Shown here piece by piece: positions 1 through 12,740 of a stretch of 64,000 nucleotides of DNA. Made by a program: the position numbers and the translations under genes. How positions within the stretch are numbered: position 1 is the first letter of the stretch; the number at the start of each line of letters is the position of its first letter. Source of the stretch: Octopus vulgaris. Its lineage: Eukaryota. The DNA lies in contig OX597822.1 in NCBI GenBank assembly GCA_951406725.2, positions 51,646,001 through 51,710,000 of the forward strand, given 5' to 3'. The notes under the pieces are model-generated. The model saw nothing but the letters and a program-made list of their open reading frames with translations. It did not search any database and was not told the DNA's origin.

Positions 1-516
1 AAGCAATGGAAGCATGATAGCTCACCTCCTCCAAAGAATGCTCGTGTCCAACGCTCAGCAGGCATTATGATGGTCACAGACTTTTGGGACCAGCGCGTAG
101 TAGAGATGATGGATTTTCTGGCAAAGGTCACCACAAATAACGGGACAACGCCCCTGTTCACAATGCGCTTGTTGCCCATATGAAAGCACACGCCTGCGGC
201 AATGAAATCCTTCCTTATACTTCTTACTCTCCTGACCTCGTATCATCTAACTTCCACCTCTTTCCAACCATGAAGTCTTTTTGAAGGGGACACATTTTGC
301 AGACGATGATGAACTTATTTCCGAAGTAAAACCTTGACTCCAAATGCAACCTACCAACTTCTATAGACTGGGTCTTCACAGGAGTATAAAGCGATGGGAG
401 AAGTGTGTCAACATTGGTGTTGGTTATGTAGAGAAAGACTAATAATTACGCGAAGTTTCGTCCATCCCAGTCCTTGGGGAGTGGGTCAAGGGCGGTCTTT
501 AATAAATAGACCTCGT

Positions 517-517
<1 letters not shown>
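1..517 (+). mobile_element. mariner transposon remnant (C-terminal transposase pseudogene plus right end)
   Basis: Hand translation gives KQWKHDSSPPPKNARVQRSAGIMMVTDFWD..., LPYTSYSPDLVSSNFHLFPTMK (YSPDLAP motif) and RWEKCVNIGVGYVEKD* (stop at 440-442). There are frameshifts and a deletion. The element ends ...AATAGACCTCG-TA. Confidence 0.9.
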
Positions 518-550
<33 letters not shown>

Positions 551-588
551 CGATAGATAGATACTTACATACATATATATAAACATAT

Positions 589-650
<62 letters not shown>
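515..650. repeat. (TA)n/(CA)n microsatellite
   Basis: Direct reading. Representative of dozens of similar tracts in the window. Confidence 0.95.
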
Positions 651-651
<1 letters not shown>

Positions 652-899
652 GGAACACGAACAAGGATTGAATAATTAGGGACGGACGAGAAAACGAAAA
701 GGACAGAGTGAGGTAAAGGAGGGGAAAATGCTGAGAATGAAGAGAAGGCCAAGAAATGTGAGAGAGGGTGAGCGATAAAAAATTAAAGTGGAAAGAACTT
801 AGAAAGTGTGAAGGGTCTAAAAGAAAGAGTAAAAGAGTCGTTCAGAATTTATATTTATATATACTTACATAAAAGTGACCAAAAGTGTACTACGCGGCT

Positions 900-1420
900 A
901 TAGGTATATATAAAAGAAACAACACAAAAAATTGAACAAGAATGTAACAGGCGACAACAACACATGCGGATAGTTAGACGATAAAAAAAGGAAAGGTGAT
1001 TCGGAGCTTTCTTTCTTCAGTCTAGTTCCAAATCGTCGTTGCAGTTTCAGGCGGTTACATTCGAGACTGCTCCAATCTGACCGGACCCAAGTAAATCTAA
1101 GCTAAGAGCACGAGATTCTTTGTAAGAAAGTAAGCGAACGTATTCGAAAACAAGGACGGCAAAACGGAAAAATGGTACACAATTACAAATACAAACAACA
1201 TGATATAACAAAAGGTGTCTTTCAACTAATGGCGAATTAAATTAAGCCGGCGTGTGTGGAAGTGAAACCGTACGGCAGCAGCATAAGAGATGAAAGTCAT
1301 GATAAGGAATATAAGGGATGCTACGCGGGTGGTAGTCGAACCAAGAAAGAAAGGTCAGGCTTGGTGGAACACCGATCACATGGAAGGAGAGGAGAGTAGT
1401 AGGGACAGAGGGATGAAACT
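900..1420 (-). mobile_element. decayed Penelope-like terminal (pLTR-type) fragment
   Basis: Composition and layout resemble the other PLE-end fragments here. The minus strand has a decayed CTGAAGA...CGAA motif near 995-1025. No ORF. Confidence 0.35.
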
Positions 1421-1483
1421 ATCAAGAAAATCATTAAGTCATGACTATATCTGCAATAGATAACCAAATTGCTCTCAAATAAT

Positions 1484-1687
1484 GATTTCTAATTTTGGCA
1501 CAAGGCCAGCAAGTTCGGGGAAGTGGTTAAGTAGATTACGCCGACCTCAGAGTTCTTACTTTAGTAATCCCGAAGGACGAAAGGCAAATTCGACCTCGAC
1601 GAAATTTGACTTCAGGAAACAAAGACAGACGAAATACCGCTAAGCATTTTGCGTGGTGTGCTAACGATTCTGTCAGTTCACCGCCTT
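1484..1687 (-). mobile_element. tRNA-derived SINE (decayed)
   Basis: The reverse complement begins AAGGCGGTGAACTGACAGAATCGTTAGCAC (A-box-like), continues with a decayed B-box and GTCGAATTTGCCTTTCGTCCTTCGGG, and ends in the tail TTGTGCCAAAATTAGAAA. A similar tail recurs at ~19090. Confidence 0.8.
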
Positions 1688-2346
1688 AAATCTTTCTTAA
1701 ATGATATACAATTGTTTTATGAGAACAGAAACGTTGCTACTGTATTTTGGAGTACACTCTGCCTGAACTATAACTGGATGGACCTAGTTGAAATTTTTGA
1801 TCTTACGTCGTCTGATCAAATAGGAAAGGTTTTCCACTAACAACAATATTAACTACTTTAGTGTTTGTCTTTGTCATAATCCTTTCAATAACCTCTTACA
1901 GAATATCATCTTCATCATCGGTGTCGTCATCATCATCATCATTATCAACATTTTCATCATCATAATCATCGCTGTCGTCATCTCGTCGTTATCCACTCTT
2001 CGAATCCATTTTCGCAAACAGAAAAAAAAAATAGCAAAAACAAAATTGTAGACATAGAAAATATCTCTCAATTTGAAATATCTCTCAGTAGCAGTGCATT
2101 GAATAACATTACGGACTACTAATACCACCAGTATTATTGTACTTTAGCGATTTGTATGGAATGTATACGTGTGTGTATGTGTGTATAAATATAGCCATAA
2201 ATGTAAAAAGATCGGAAGGTTTACCGTAAAGTGTATATTAAGCAAATTTCAAGGATAAATTGAAGTGTAGTAATGTCGAACTAAATACATTGATTTTATA
2301 CGTGCGTGTGTATGTTTTTGTGGGTATACATATTATTATACACACT

Positions 2347-2394
<48 letters not shown>

Positions 2395-2406
2395 GCACAT
2401 ACCCCC

Positions 2407-2452
<46 letters not shown>

Positions 2453-2759
2453 ATGTGTGTGTGTGTGTGCGTGTTGTGGTGTGCGTACGTGTAAGCAACA
2501 CCCACAATTTTTCACACGTTGATTATCTTTCACTCATTCACTCACCCCAAGCAGCATCAATACATCCTGACACATATTTGTATACACTGTCAGAATTATT
2601 TCTTTCCGCCACCACCCCGCTGCGGTCCACGAGCAAAACTAAACACAGGCTCCCATGTAACAGAGGAGTGCTTATAGGAAAGATATTAAAAAAATGATTA
2701 ATCGAAAAATCAAACAAGTAAAATATTGGAAGCTACAAACTCAACGCTCTGCAGATACA

Positions 2760-3270
2760 GCTTTACTAGAATCAAAATAGCATTTTCTTCAAAACTGCAT
2801 GACGATTATCCTCAATAGTCAAAGAAAAGCAGACGAAAAGAGGGTTGTTGCGAAAATAAAAATCAAGCGTATAGTGTTCTCATTCGTCAAAATGCATAAG
2901 GCTTCCTCTGTTTTATCTGACCTCTAACAGATGAAGATGGCACTCTACACAGTGGTGCAGAAGGTATGGTTGAGATTCTAAAGAAACAATACTGCCCCAT
3001 TTCAGCAATACCAGCATGGTTAATCCTGACAGAATCAAACAGTAAATCAAATTCCCACCAATCCCTACCCGATATATCAATTGAAGCCTCGGATGTCATA
3101 GCAACTATTAACAAAATTATAAAGAAACCAGTTTCAGGCTTCCACACAGGCCACCGCTAGAATCCTGAAGTAATGCCTTCATCAACTGAGATACCCTTTA
3201 GCTATTATCTGGAAGAAATCACTGGACGCTGGCCATATTCCTGAAAATCTGGCCAAAAGTTATCTTGTAT
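2760..3270 (+). mobile_element. CR1/L2-like LINE ORF2 remnant
   Basis: Fragments SLPDISIEASDVIATINKI and PLAIIWKKSLDAGHIP resemble the region just before the RT domain of CR1/L2-type ORF2. Frameshifted. Confidence 0.6.
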
Positions 3271-3442
3271 AAGAATACTAATCTATTTGAAGAGTTGGGA
3301 AATTCAGACGACACATATTGAGCTCTTCTTTTATGTCTCTGCCTGCTTATATTATTGAAAATATGCGTGTATGTGTTTGTATACAATGAAACACACACTC
3401 ACACACCTATATACACGCATACAAGCATACATACATTCATAC

Positions 3443-3855
3443 ATTATTATGGCTGCCCCCTCGTTATCGAGTATGGCCATTGCACGAAACTTAACTGTTA
3501 CTGGTGCTGTGATCGGATGTGACTTTTTAGCGCAGCTAAAGATCTACAATGTCTTGTACAGAATTGGCAGCTAAAACCTTTACCGGTAATAGCCGGCTGT
3601 AGTTGTAACTGGGCTTCATGTACCTTTGCATGTCGTTTAAGTCCTCCTGCCGAATTACACTCTCTTCCACATGCCCGACAGATATACACATAAGAAAGTA
3701 AGGAGGGATGTCAGGAAGGGCATCGCTGTTATACTTCCAGATGGGAAGGGTCTTCCTATGATGTCGACATGCAGTGTCTGTGCAAGACCCTGCCTCAGTA
3801 AAGCTGGACTCAAGAGTCATCTTCGTAGTCATAAAGCGAGACAGATGAGTGACAA
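3443..3855 (-). mobile_element. RTE-like LINE 3' end with C2H2 zinc fingers and an inverted 5' segment
   Basis: Minus strand 3689-3498 encodes CRACGRECNSAGGLKRHAKVH and CQFCTRHCRSLAALKSHIRSQH*, then a short 3'UTR and an ATAATAAT tail at 3443-3450. Plus strand 3690-3850 encodes KVRRDVRKG...CSVCARPCLSKAGLKSHLRSH. Confidence 0.7.
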
Positions 3856-3995
3856 CATATATACATACATACATACATACATACACACACACATACATAC
3901 ATACATACATACATACATACACACACACACATACATACATACATACATACATACACACACACACATACATACATACATACATACATACATACATA

Positions 3996-5181
3996 CAGGG
4001 GTTGGACAAAATAATGGAAACACCTTAAAATTTCAAACAAATTTATTTTAATATGGGATAGGACCACCTTTGGCAGTAATACAGCTTGAATTCTAGGTAG
4101 TATAGACTCGTACAAAGTTTGCATTGTTTCCAAAGTAAGTTTTGCCCATTCTTCAGCTAAACAGTCTCTAATTATTGTAGTGATGAAGGTAGAAGATATC
4201 GAATCCTCAATTGTTTTTCTAAAATGCACCATAAATGTTCAATAATATTGAGATCTGCAAACGGTGGTAGCCAGATAAGATGTTCAATTTTACAAGAATG
4301 TTCCTCGTGCCATTCAGTAAAACTTTAGTTGTGTGAATTGCTGCATTATCATCCTGAAATTTTTGATCAGATAAAATGCTTAAATAGTCTTTACTGTTAC
4401 TTCTGTCATAAAGGGAGACCATTTCCAAGATATCGCACACACGCACACACACACACACACACCGCCGATCATTACAGTTCCTCCTCCATTTTTAACAGTT
4501 GGAAGAAGGCCGTCTGAGTCAAATGCTTCTTTTGGCTGTCTCCACACGAGTACTCGGCTGGTGGTCGGAAATAAGGTAAAGGACGACTCGGTCGAGAAAA
4601 TAACATTCTCTCATTGCTCTAGGGATCGATTCTGTAGGTTTTTACACCACTCTAAACGCATTGCAACGTTTGTTTTTGAAAGTAGTGGCTATTTGATTGC
4701 AGCCCTCCCGTAAAATCCGGCTTTGTGCAGGTCCTGGCGAACAATAATGTTGGGAGTTATACTTTTGTGATCCATTCTAACAATTCGCGTAAGAGTCCGA
4801 CGGTCCCTATCTGAAAGTTTTGGTTTTCTTTCGGAGTTTTATCACTCTGTCTCAAAGGCTGTCATTACTTCATTACTTTCGAGACAGTACTTCTTGATAA
4901 ACCAAACATCTCGGCTCTTTTCGTTTTGCTAGTGTCTGCCATACGATCACAAACATTTTGAGCTCTTTGAAAGTTCGAGAGATCTGTCATTTTAATGAAT
5001 TTTAATTACATTTTCTGATAATATCTGAAAAGAAACAGCAATTTTAGCAAAAAATATTAAGCATCACTAATAACAAATAAAAAAACATACCTAAAATAAA
5101 TAAGGTTTTGGCGGTTTTATAGATATTTCAAAATTATGATGCTATGATGCTAGGTGTTTCCATTATTTTGCCCAACACCTG
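3996..5181 (-). mobile_element. Tc1-like DNA transposon, decayed, both TIRs present
   Basis: 30-bp TIRs CAGGGGTTGGACAAAATAATGGAAACACCT (3996-4025) and AGGTGTTTCCATTATTTTGCCCAACACCTG (5152-5181), 2 mismatches, preceded by TA. Minus-strand transposase motifs include FSTESSF (WSDESxF-like) and FQDDNAAIH. An internal (CA)n tract and deletions are present. Confidence 0.92.
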
Positions 5182-5188
5182 CACATAA

Positions 5189-5264
<76 letters not shown>

Positions 5265-5269
5265 TTATA

Positions 5270-8200
5270 CACTACATATCTGAGAAATTATGTATGTAGA
5301 TGTTAGCTAACTCTTCCTACGTCGTTTTATCAGTTTTGATGAACCTTGACACGTGAGCCGAATTCAAGTTTCGTGACATACTTAGATTGCTGAAAAAAAT
5401 CGATAATAGAGCCCCTGGAAGGGATTCTTATATCTACTACATATAACTAATATATTTTAGTTAAGCACCCAAGGGAAATAACCCATAGCACCTGCATTTA
5501 GAATTATCAGCTTTTAGCGAAACGATCAGTATTTGATTCTAACGATTAGCAGACCTAATTCTCCATTTCACTACCTTTTAACCTGCTAAACCTTATTATC
5601 GCACTTTCTTGATTCGAATTTCAAACTTTCAAACTTCATTCATACATTTATATATATACATACTTTTTGTGTTTATATGTACTACATTTATATATTAGCT
5701 TTAATAAATTAGCCTTGATAAATTTTACCTTTAAAATGCCAAGGCGAGTAAGAGTGCGAGTGGGTACTTCTATTTCAAAAGCTGATCTAATGTGACAATG
5801 GCGATCTCAAGTAAGTCTCCAATTAATTATATTTGATATTTACTAAATCAAGCAATTATTCTTCGTCTATTCTACTTCAATATCTAAATTGTTATCTACA
5901 TACATTATTTACATTTGACGGATATTTGTCCTCATCTTATTTGTTGTTAACACAAACAAGATGAGGGCAAATATCCGTCAAATCCTACCAGCAAGCTTCA
6001 TTGGCTCTCCACGATATATGCATCAACGGACTCAGGATGCCATGACCTACGCGCGCAAGTTCTGTCGACCTGATTTATTCATCACCTTTACCTGCAATCC
6101 TAAATAGCAAGATATTCTAGACCGCCTCTTCGAAGGTCAATACAGCAGTGATAGACATGACGTAATTGCAAGAATCGTCAACTTGAAACAACAAAAACTT
6201 TTGTGGTTGGTCAAAGATGCTAAAATCCTTGGTGGTCTGAATGCATGGATGTACACAATCGAATAGCCGAAACGGGGTCTGCCTCATTCGCATACCCTCA
6301 TATGGTGCAAGGAGAAGATATGTCCAATTTCGATTGATGAAATCATTAGTGCAGGGTTCCCAAACCCAGAGTAAGACGCTCAGCTCTACATCATTGTGAA
6401 GAAACACATGATTCATGGGCCATGTAGAAGCTTCAGCCCTTCGTCCCCTTGCATGTAGAATAATATGTGCACCAAGATTTTCCGCGGACTATTCGTTCAA
6501 GAAACGCGCACTAGTCATGACGGTTATCCACTCTACAGGCGGCGCAAACCTGATGATGGCAGTTATACTGTAACACTGAAGATACACCAGCAAGAGACTG
6601 AAGTCGACAACAGATAGATTGAGCCCTACACCAAACTTCTATCGAAAATGTTCGAGGCACACATCAAAGTCGAATCAGGTAATTTTGTAAGGAGCATAAA
6701 ATATATCTGCAAATACATCAACAAGGGGTTAGATATGGCAGGTTTTGGAGTCAATGCGGATGAACAGCGAACGGATAAAATAAGACGTTATCTATTGGGA
6801 AGATACATATCATCTAACGAGGCGATTTGGCGTATATTTGCCTTCCCACTTCACAGAGGTACCCAACAGGTGTGAATCTAGATGTTCATCTTGAAAACGG
6901 AGAGGTGTCTATTTCCAGGAAGAAAATGCTCAACAGTAATTTCCCCCCCCCAAAAAAAAAACCCAACTCTTACAGCTTTCTTCGACCTATGCAAAACAGA
7001 CAATTTCGCCCTATCCCTGCTTTATGTTGAGGTACCTGTCTATTACACCTGATCAGGAAAAAAATGGGTAACACAAATACATGGAACTCCAGTTGTCGTC
7101 TATGAGGCAGAAGAGATATTTTAAAAGCGATGCTATTGGGAGAGTTTACAGTCCATACAAATCAACAAGAGTGTTTCTTTTTACGTCTCCTCCTACACAC
7201 CGTCCGAGGTCCCACATCTTTCGAACATCTGCAAATGCTTAATGGAGAACTCTGTCCGACCTTTAGGGTAGCCTCTGCCAAACATGGGCTACATAAAGTT
7301 GATGCTCACTAGCACCAAACACTCGACGAGACTTTTGTCACTAAAATTCTGGCTCGACTATGCCAACTATTCTCCATCATGCTTACGACATGATCCTGTA
7401 ACGCTTTGAGAGAATTACAGAGAAAGCATGTCAGAGGATATACTACGCAGACTTCAAAGGCAGAACCCATCGGAAACTGTCGAATAAAATGAGGCTGTTT
7501 TCAACGAGGCATTCAATGACCTAGACAATCAAGTGAAATCCATGGGTGGCAGTGGAGTTACTGCTTTTGGACTCCCTCAACCAGATATGTCACCTGAAGC
7601 CCTTGAAATCGAATATGTACGGAAGATCAATTATGACGTAGAAGAAATGGCAGCGTTTGTGGCTTATAATGAATACAACGAGGATCAAAAAACGAGGATC
7701 AAAAAACTGCCTTCGAATCCATTATTTTGTCCACTCATAGCGAGACTGGTAATCTCTTCTTTCTCAGTGTTATAGGTGGAACTAGAAAAACATTCATTAT
7801 CAATCATATTTTGGCGAGGATGCGATAAAATATACAGATTGCCCTTACTGTGGCGTCAAGTGGAATAGCTGCAACTCGGTTAAACGGTGGACGTTCGTGC
7901 TTCAAATTGCCTCTGGGCCTTGCGAAAAAAGAGATAGTGACCTGCAATATCAGTTGTGGCAAAAATTCTCACCCAGTGCAAATTGATCACTTGGGATGAA
8001 GCGACATTGAGTCATAAGGGGGTTTTGAGGCTCTTGACAGGTTGCTTCAAGATCTGAGATGCAAACACAGAGCTAATGGGCGGCCTAACTGCACTCCTTG
8101 CAGGCGACTTTCGACAAACGTTCCCAGTCAATTCAAAGGGAACGAGAGCAGATGAGGTAAATGCAAGCATCAGATCTTCATACCTTTGGAGCAAGGTTAG

Positions 8201-9103
8201 AAAGTTGAAACTCGCAACAAACATGAAAGTGCAGTTAGGTGGTGATGCGCAGGTAATTCATGGATATTGGAAACGGTGCTGTAATTGTTGGGCAGGATGG
8301 GAAGATTAGTTTACCCTTTGGCAATTTGGTGTCAGATATACACGAAATATTGGCGAGAGTTTTCCCCAATCTAAACACACAATTCAGAGAGCATTGTTGG
8401 CTGGGAAAACGTGTAAGGCTACGTCATCGCCTGCGATGACGTAGCCTTGCACCTTCAGGCCTACCACCGCATGAATTGTATCTAAAGTTTGGAGCCCCAG
8501 TTATGTTTTTAATAAACCCCAATTTCCCCACCATATTATGCAATGTCACGAGACTTATCATAAACAAAGAAAAACAAACTGATGCAGATAGTGTCAGAGG
8601 CGACAATACTGACTGGGAAAGCAAGTGACGAAGATTTTTTTCATTCCAAAGATTCCTCTGATTCCTTGCGACACACAAATTGATATCAATAGGCTACAAT
8701 TCAAGCTTTGCAGTGAGCATCAACAAAGCACACGGTCAGACATTTGAAGAGGTAGGCCTTAATCTTGCAGAACCTGCTTTTTCTCACGGACAGCTCAATG
8801 CCGGATGCTCTAGAGTTGGATATCCGGAAAATTTATTATCTATGCACCCAAAAACAAACCAAAAACATTGTGTATCACGACTGAAATTTTGAAACAAAGA
8901 TGCCTCTCCCTCCGATAACCTCCCTCGCCAACCTCCGACAATATCTCTCCCTTCAGGCTGACAGTTTGCGTCCTTTTTCTTGACGGAAAATACACCTTTT
9001 GTGGCAGTGATAACGAAATTGCTTTGTTATATCAGAGTGATAAGGCGTTTAAATAGCTACTGAGAATATCTTTACTCTCGGGAATTACCGGATACACCAG
9101 CTA

Positions 9104-9104
<1 letters not shown>
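5270..9104 (+). mobile_element. Helitron, degenerate autonomous type (Rep/HUH + PIF1-like SF1 helicase pseudogene)
   Basis: Rep motifs: LPASFIGSPRYMHQRTQDAMTY, DLFITFTCNP, YTIE*PKRGLPHSH (HUH) and SIKYICKYINKG. Helicase motifs: GGTRKTF, VASSGIAAT, LAGDFRQTFPV, FAVSINKAHGQT and FSHGQLNAGCSRV. The 3' end has a short GC hairpin (~9078-9092), then CTAG (9101-9104) and T. Many stops and frameshifts. The 5' boundary is approximate. Confidence 0.93.
5913..5983. repeat. 71-bp near-perfect palindrome inside the Helitron
   Basis: ATTTGACGGATATTTGTCCTCATCTTATTTGT / ACAAACAAGATGAGGGCAAATATCCGTCAAAT, two mismatches, 7-nt spacer. Confidence 0.9.
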
Positions 9105-9142
<38 letters not shown>

Positions 9143-9248
9143 TATATTATATTAAACACACACACATACAAACACACAAACACACACAAACACACACACA
9201 AATATATATATATATATATATATAATATATATGTATGTATATATATAT

Positions 9249-9534
9249 CACGTGATCACGTGACCGACCAGGCTATCAGATGCTGCTACACATCGCTGGT
9301 CACAATGCGCTTCGCATTGTTTTAGCCTTCAAATGACGCCACCCCGCTGGCTAAGCGAGCAGGCCAACAGAAGAAAGAGTGAGAGAAAGTTGTGGCGTAA
9401 GAGTACAGCAGGGTTCGCCACCACGCCTTGCTGGAGCGTCGTGGAGCTTTTAAGTGTTTTCGCTCAATAAACACTCACAACGATCCTACGACCGCGAGTC
9501 CACTGCCCTAACCACTGGGCCATTGCGCCTCCAC
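9249..9534 (-). mobile_element. tRNA-derived SINE (second family)
   Basis: The reverse complement starts GTGGAGGCGCAATGGCCCAGTGGTTAGGGCAGTGGACTCGCGGTCGTAGGATCG (A-box TGGCCCAGTGG). The B-box region appears deleted. The tail ends ...GGTCACGTGATCACGTGA. Confidence 0.85.
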
Positions 9535-9536
9535 GA

Positions 9537-9615
<79 letters not shown>

Positions 9616-9911
9616 CATATGCCATATTTGCAACTTTTCAGCAAATACGTCTGGTCGAATCAATTATTAACAGTATATATCTGTAGTGTTGTGTAAGTTA
9701 TATAAACCTTAAGATAATTGACGCGTTGGTGTCGAGATGTTAGTAGAATGAAACATGTTTCCCCATGTTATCAATGTTTGCATAAATTCATATATCTATA
9801 TACAAATGCTGTCTGATCACATCCATCATTCCCATCTATCAAATTGATATTTTACTTCTTGTTGCATAAATATAATAACCGTCTCGATAATTCTTGTTGA
9901 TAGCATCATAA

Positions 9912-9954
<43 letters not shown>

Positions 9955-10059
9955 TTCATTTGTGTGTACATGTGAATATATATATACATATGTGTACATA
10001 AATATATATATGATTATATATATATATATATATATATATATGCATTTACGTGTGTGTAC

Positions 10060-10121
<62 letters not shown>

Positions 10122-11229
10122 ATATACTATTTCTCTCTAAAGATAGTTGATTAATTTTTTTCACGCTTAGTCAAGGGTTGAAGAGCAATGCCTGTAACCT
10201 TTAACACAATATCGGAGATTGTTTGAAGGAAAGTGTTGGGAAAGATGGCGCATGATTTATTGCAGCAGAGGGCAGAAAATGGAGATCTCAAGATATGTAT
10301 ATACTGAAGGATTGTTACAAATATCTTAAAAATATGGAAATCATTAAAAATGGCCAGTCTATTTTTACCTAGATGTATTACTGGAATCATTTCATTTTGA
10401 TTGATTTGAATATGATGGAATTGTTCATATATTTTATGTACAAACTAGGGTGTGCTAATAATATGTAAGCGTATATCTGATGGATTCAATAAGAAATTGT
10501 AGCTTGATACTGCAGCAATATTTTTGGCTCTATGTTATCTTCGCTACCATTATTTTCCCTTTCTCATTCTATAATTGATGACATAAAATTCTGATTCTGT
10601 TTTACAATTTCACTGAGCTGCGAAATTCTGATCATATATTCATAATTGAAATAGGTAATGATAAAACAAAGGTTGTGCTTGTGATATATATTTTACCCTA
10701 ATATAAGCTTTGGATGATTATTTGTTATTTATATTGTGTTGTAAATGCACACAGAATAACGTAATTATATTCTGGTTGTAATATTGGTTTCATAATATAT
10801 CATTCATTTAGGGAGATTTGTACTCAATATTAAATGAAAGCTGAAGCAATTTAAAAGAAACCTTCATCAACTAACAATCACAATGCTACGCTTCATTTTT
10901 CCTAACCATTGCTAAAATATTTCATGGTACTTGTTTCTAGCAATGTAGGTGTTCTGACACCCTCAGTCGCATGTAGTGACATATTTTCCTTTTATAGCGA
11001 AACTTTGCGCATGACTTTTTATATTGATTTTTGTATACGCATTAGCGATTCACTAAACCATCCATATATTCCTATGGTGAATACTTATATGGAGATAGAG
11101 AATTAAGCCCGAAATTAGCCAAATGAACGGTCGTTACTAAAGAAGTAATGGAAATAGCAGAAACTTAACGTTCAGTATAGGGAATTCTGGCTCGGTTTTC
11201 TAGGTGGTTGCAATTCTTATAAGCATACA

Positions 11230-11873
11230 TCTCCTCTCCTCCCCCTCTTCTTCCCCTCCCCTTCTCCCCCCTCCTCTTCTCCCCCTCCCCCTCTTCTCCT
11301 CACTACACCACACGACTTTACACATCACATCATATATGATGTGCCATACTAATACATACACCAACTAATACATACTAATACGTACTAATACATACTAATA
11401 CATACTAATACATACACCAACCCTATACATACACACGTCCAGACCCCTCATACGCACTTATACTCTCTCATACACACACACACACACTTATACATACTAA
11501 TACGTACTAATACATACTAATACATACACCAACCCCATACATACGCCTGTCCAGACCTATCCTAGAGTCACTCAACCCTATTATCAACCCTATTATCTCC
11601 CCTTATTTCGCTCTCGCGTCTCATGTTTGATCTTTGACCTCTGGCCGAAATCAGATCGCCATGTTGATTCGTTTGTTACTGCACGCATTTTTTCTCTCTC
11701 CTTCTTTCTGTGTTTTTTTTCTTTCTGTGTATCTTTCTGTTGAAGAGCGTAGGCTCGAAACGTTAAAGACTTGTTTTATTTATATTTCCTGAGCGCCATA
11801 CTAATACAATTGTTTGTTTGTTTCCCACCTGCCTTCGTCTTTTGTCTATTTTCATAAAGCTTCCCGTTATATA
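11230..11873 (+). mobile_element. Penelope-like 3'/pLTR fragment with a variant minimal hammerhead motif
   Basis: CT-rich and CATACTAATA repeats followed by TCTTT-CTGTTGA-A-GAGC-GTAG-GCTC-GAAA-CG-TT-AAAGA at 11732-11769. A related decayed copy lies at ~51540-51705. Confidence 0.6.
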
Positions 11874-12029
11874 CTTATGTGCCTTTCTTACAGCATTGAA
11901 GCATTTTAGATCTTATTTCTAGCAATGTAAGTGTTCTGACCCGTTCAATCGCTTTTAGTGACAATTATAGTTTTCCTATAAAAGTTTAATACTGAATCCA
12001 TCTCCCGTTAATTAATATGATGAAAGAAT

Positions 12030-12740
12030 CTTGGACTGGTGATAATAACCATACCCCTGCGTCACCAACATGCCTTTACTTCTGTTCATCACTGAACACC
12101 TTGACAAAAACATTGTACAGATTTTACGCATGCTCAGATCTTCATGAATATTTCAGTGTATATTTGCCAGATCAACTCCATACCTATGTTTACTGTCTTT
12201 ATAGACACTTAATGATCTTCCTCCAGAAAATTGTGCGTTTTCTCAACCAGCTCTGATAACCATTTATTTATACATATCGATTGAGCAAAAAGAATTCAAA
12301 TGTGATAGCAATATTTACTCAATATTTTAACATCAAAGATATCAGCTATGTGTTTTAACATTCCATATAGACATATCTACATAGATCCAAGGAATATATA
12401 GCGTGACTGTATCAGCAGTTCTAAAATACACATTATTATGATATGGAAATAGAAACACACACACACACACACACGCACATACACACGTATATATGTGTAT
12501 ACATGCATGTAGACACATACACGCACACGCATACACACACATATACACTCTCATCATCTCTTACCTCCTTTCTACCGCCCTTGAACCTCTGGTGCCAGTG
12601 AAAAACATTATGTCCGGTTCATACAGGCTAATTCATATGCAGTCTTCAGCATTTCATATGATTCTGTAGGGTTTTATCCCTGCTTAACACAAAACTATAT
12701 TGCATAGAGAACTTCCATATTTTGTTCACGTCCCAACTAC
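12030..12740 (-). mobile_element. mariner transposase N-terminal remnant, interrupted
   Basis: Minus-strand fragments include YAI*FCVKQG*NPTESYEMLKTAY, LVEKTHNFLEEDH and IHEDLSMRKICT...SDEQK (HTH and WVP-like region). Confidence 0.75.

Noticed and set aside
446-752. Numerous ORFs rich in YI, CV, TH or poly-S/T/Y (here and throughout the window)
   Set aside because: They are translations of (TA)n, (CA)n, (TACA)n, (TAT)n and (TAG)n microsatellites, not genes.
3498-3689. Host C2H2 zinc-finger gene exon
   Set aside because: It lacks TGEKP linkers and splice context, is followed by a LINE-type 3'UTR and AAT tail, and sits in a microsatellite.
10160-10400. Possible terminal exon after TTTTTTTCACGCTTAG
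   Set aside because: All three frames stop within ~35 nt and I recognise no homology. Unsupported.
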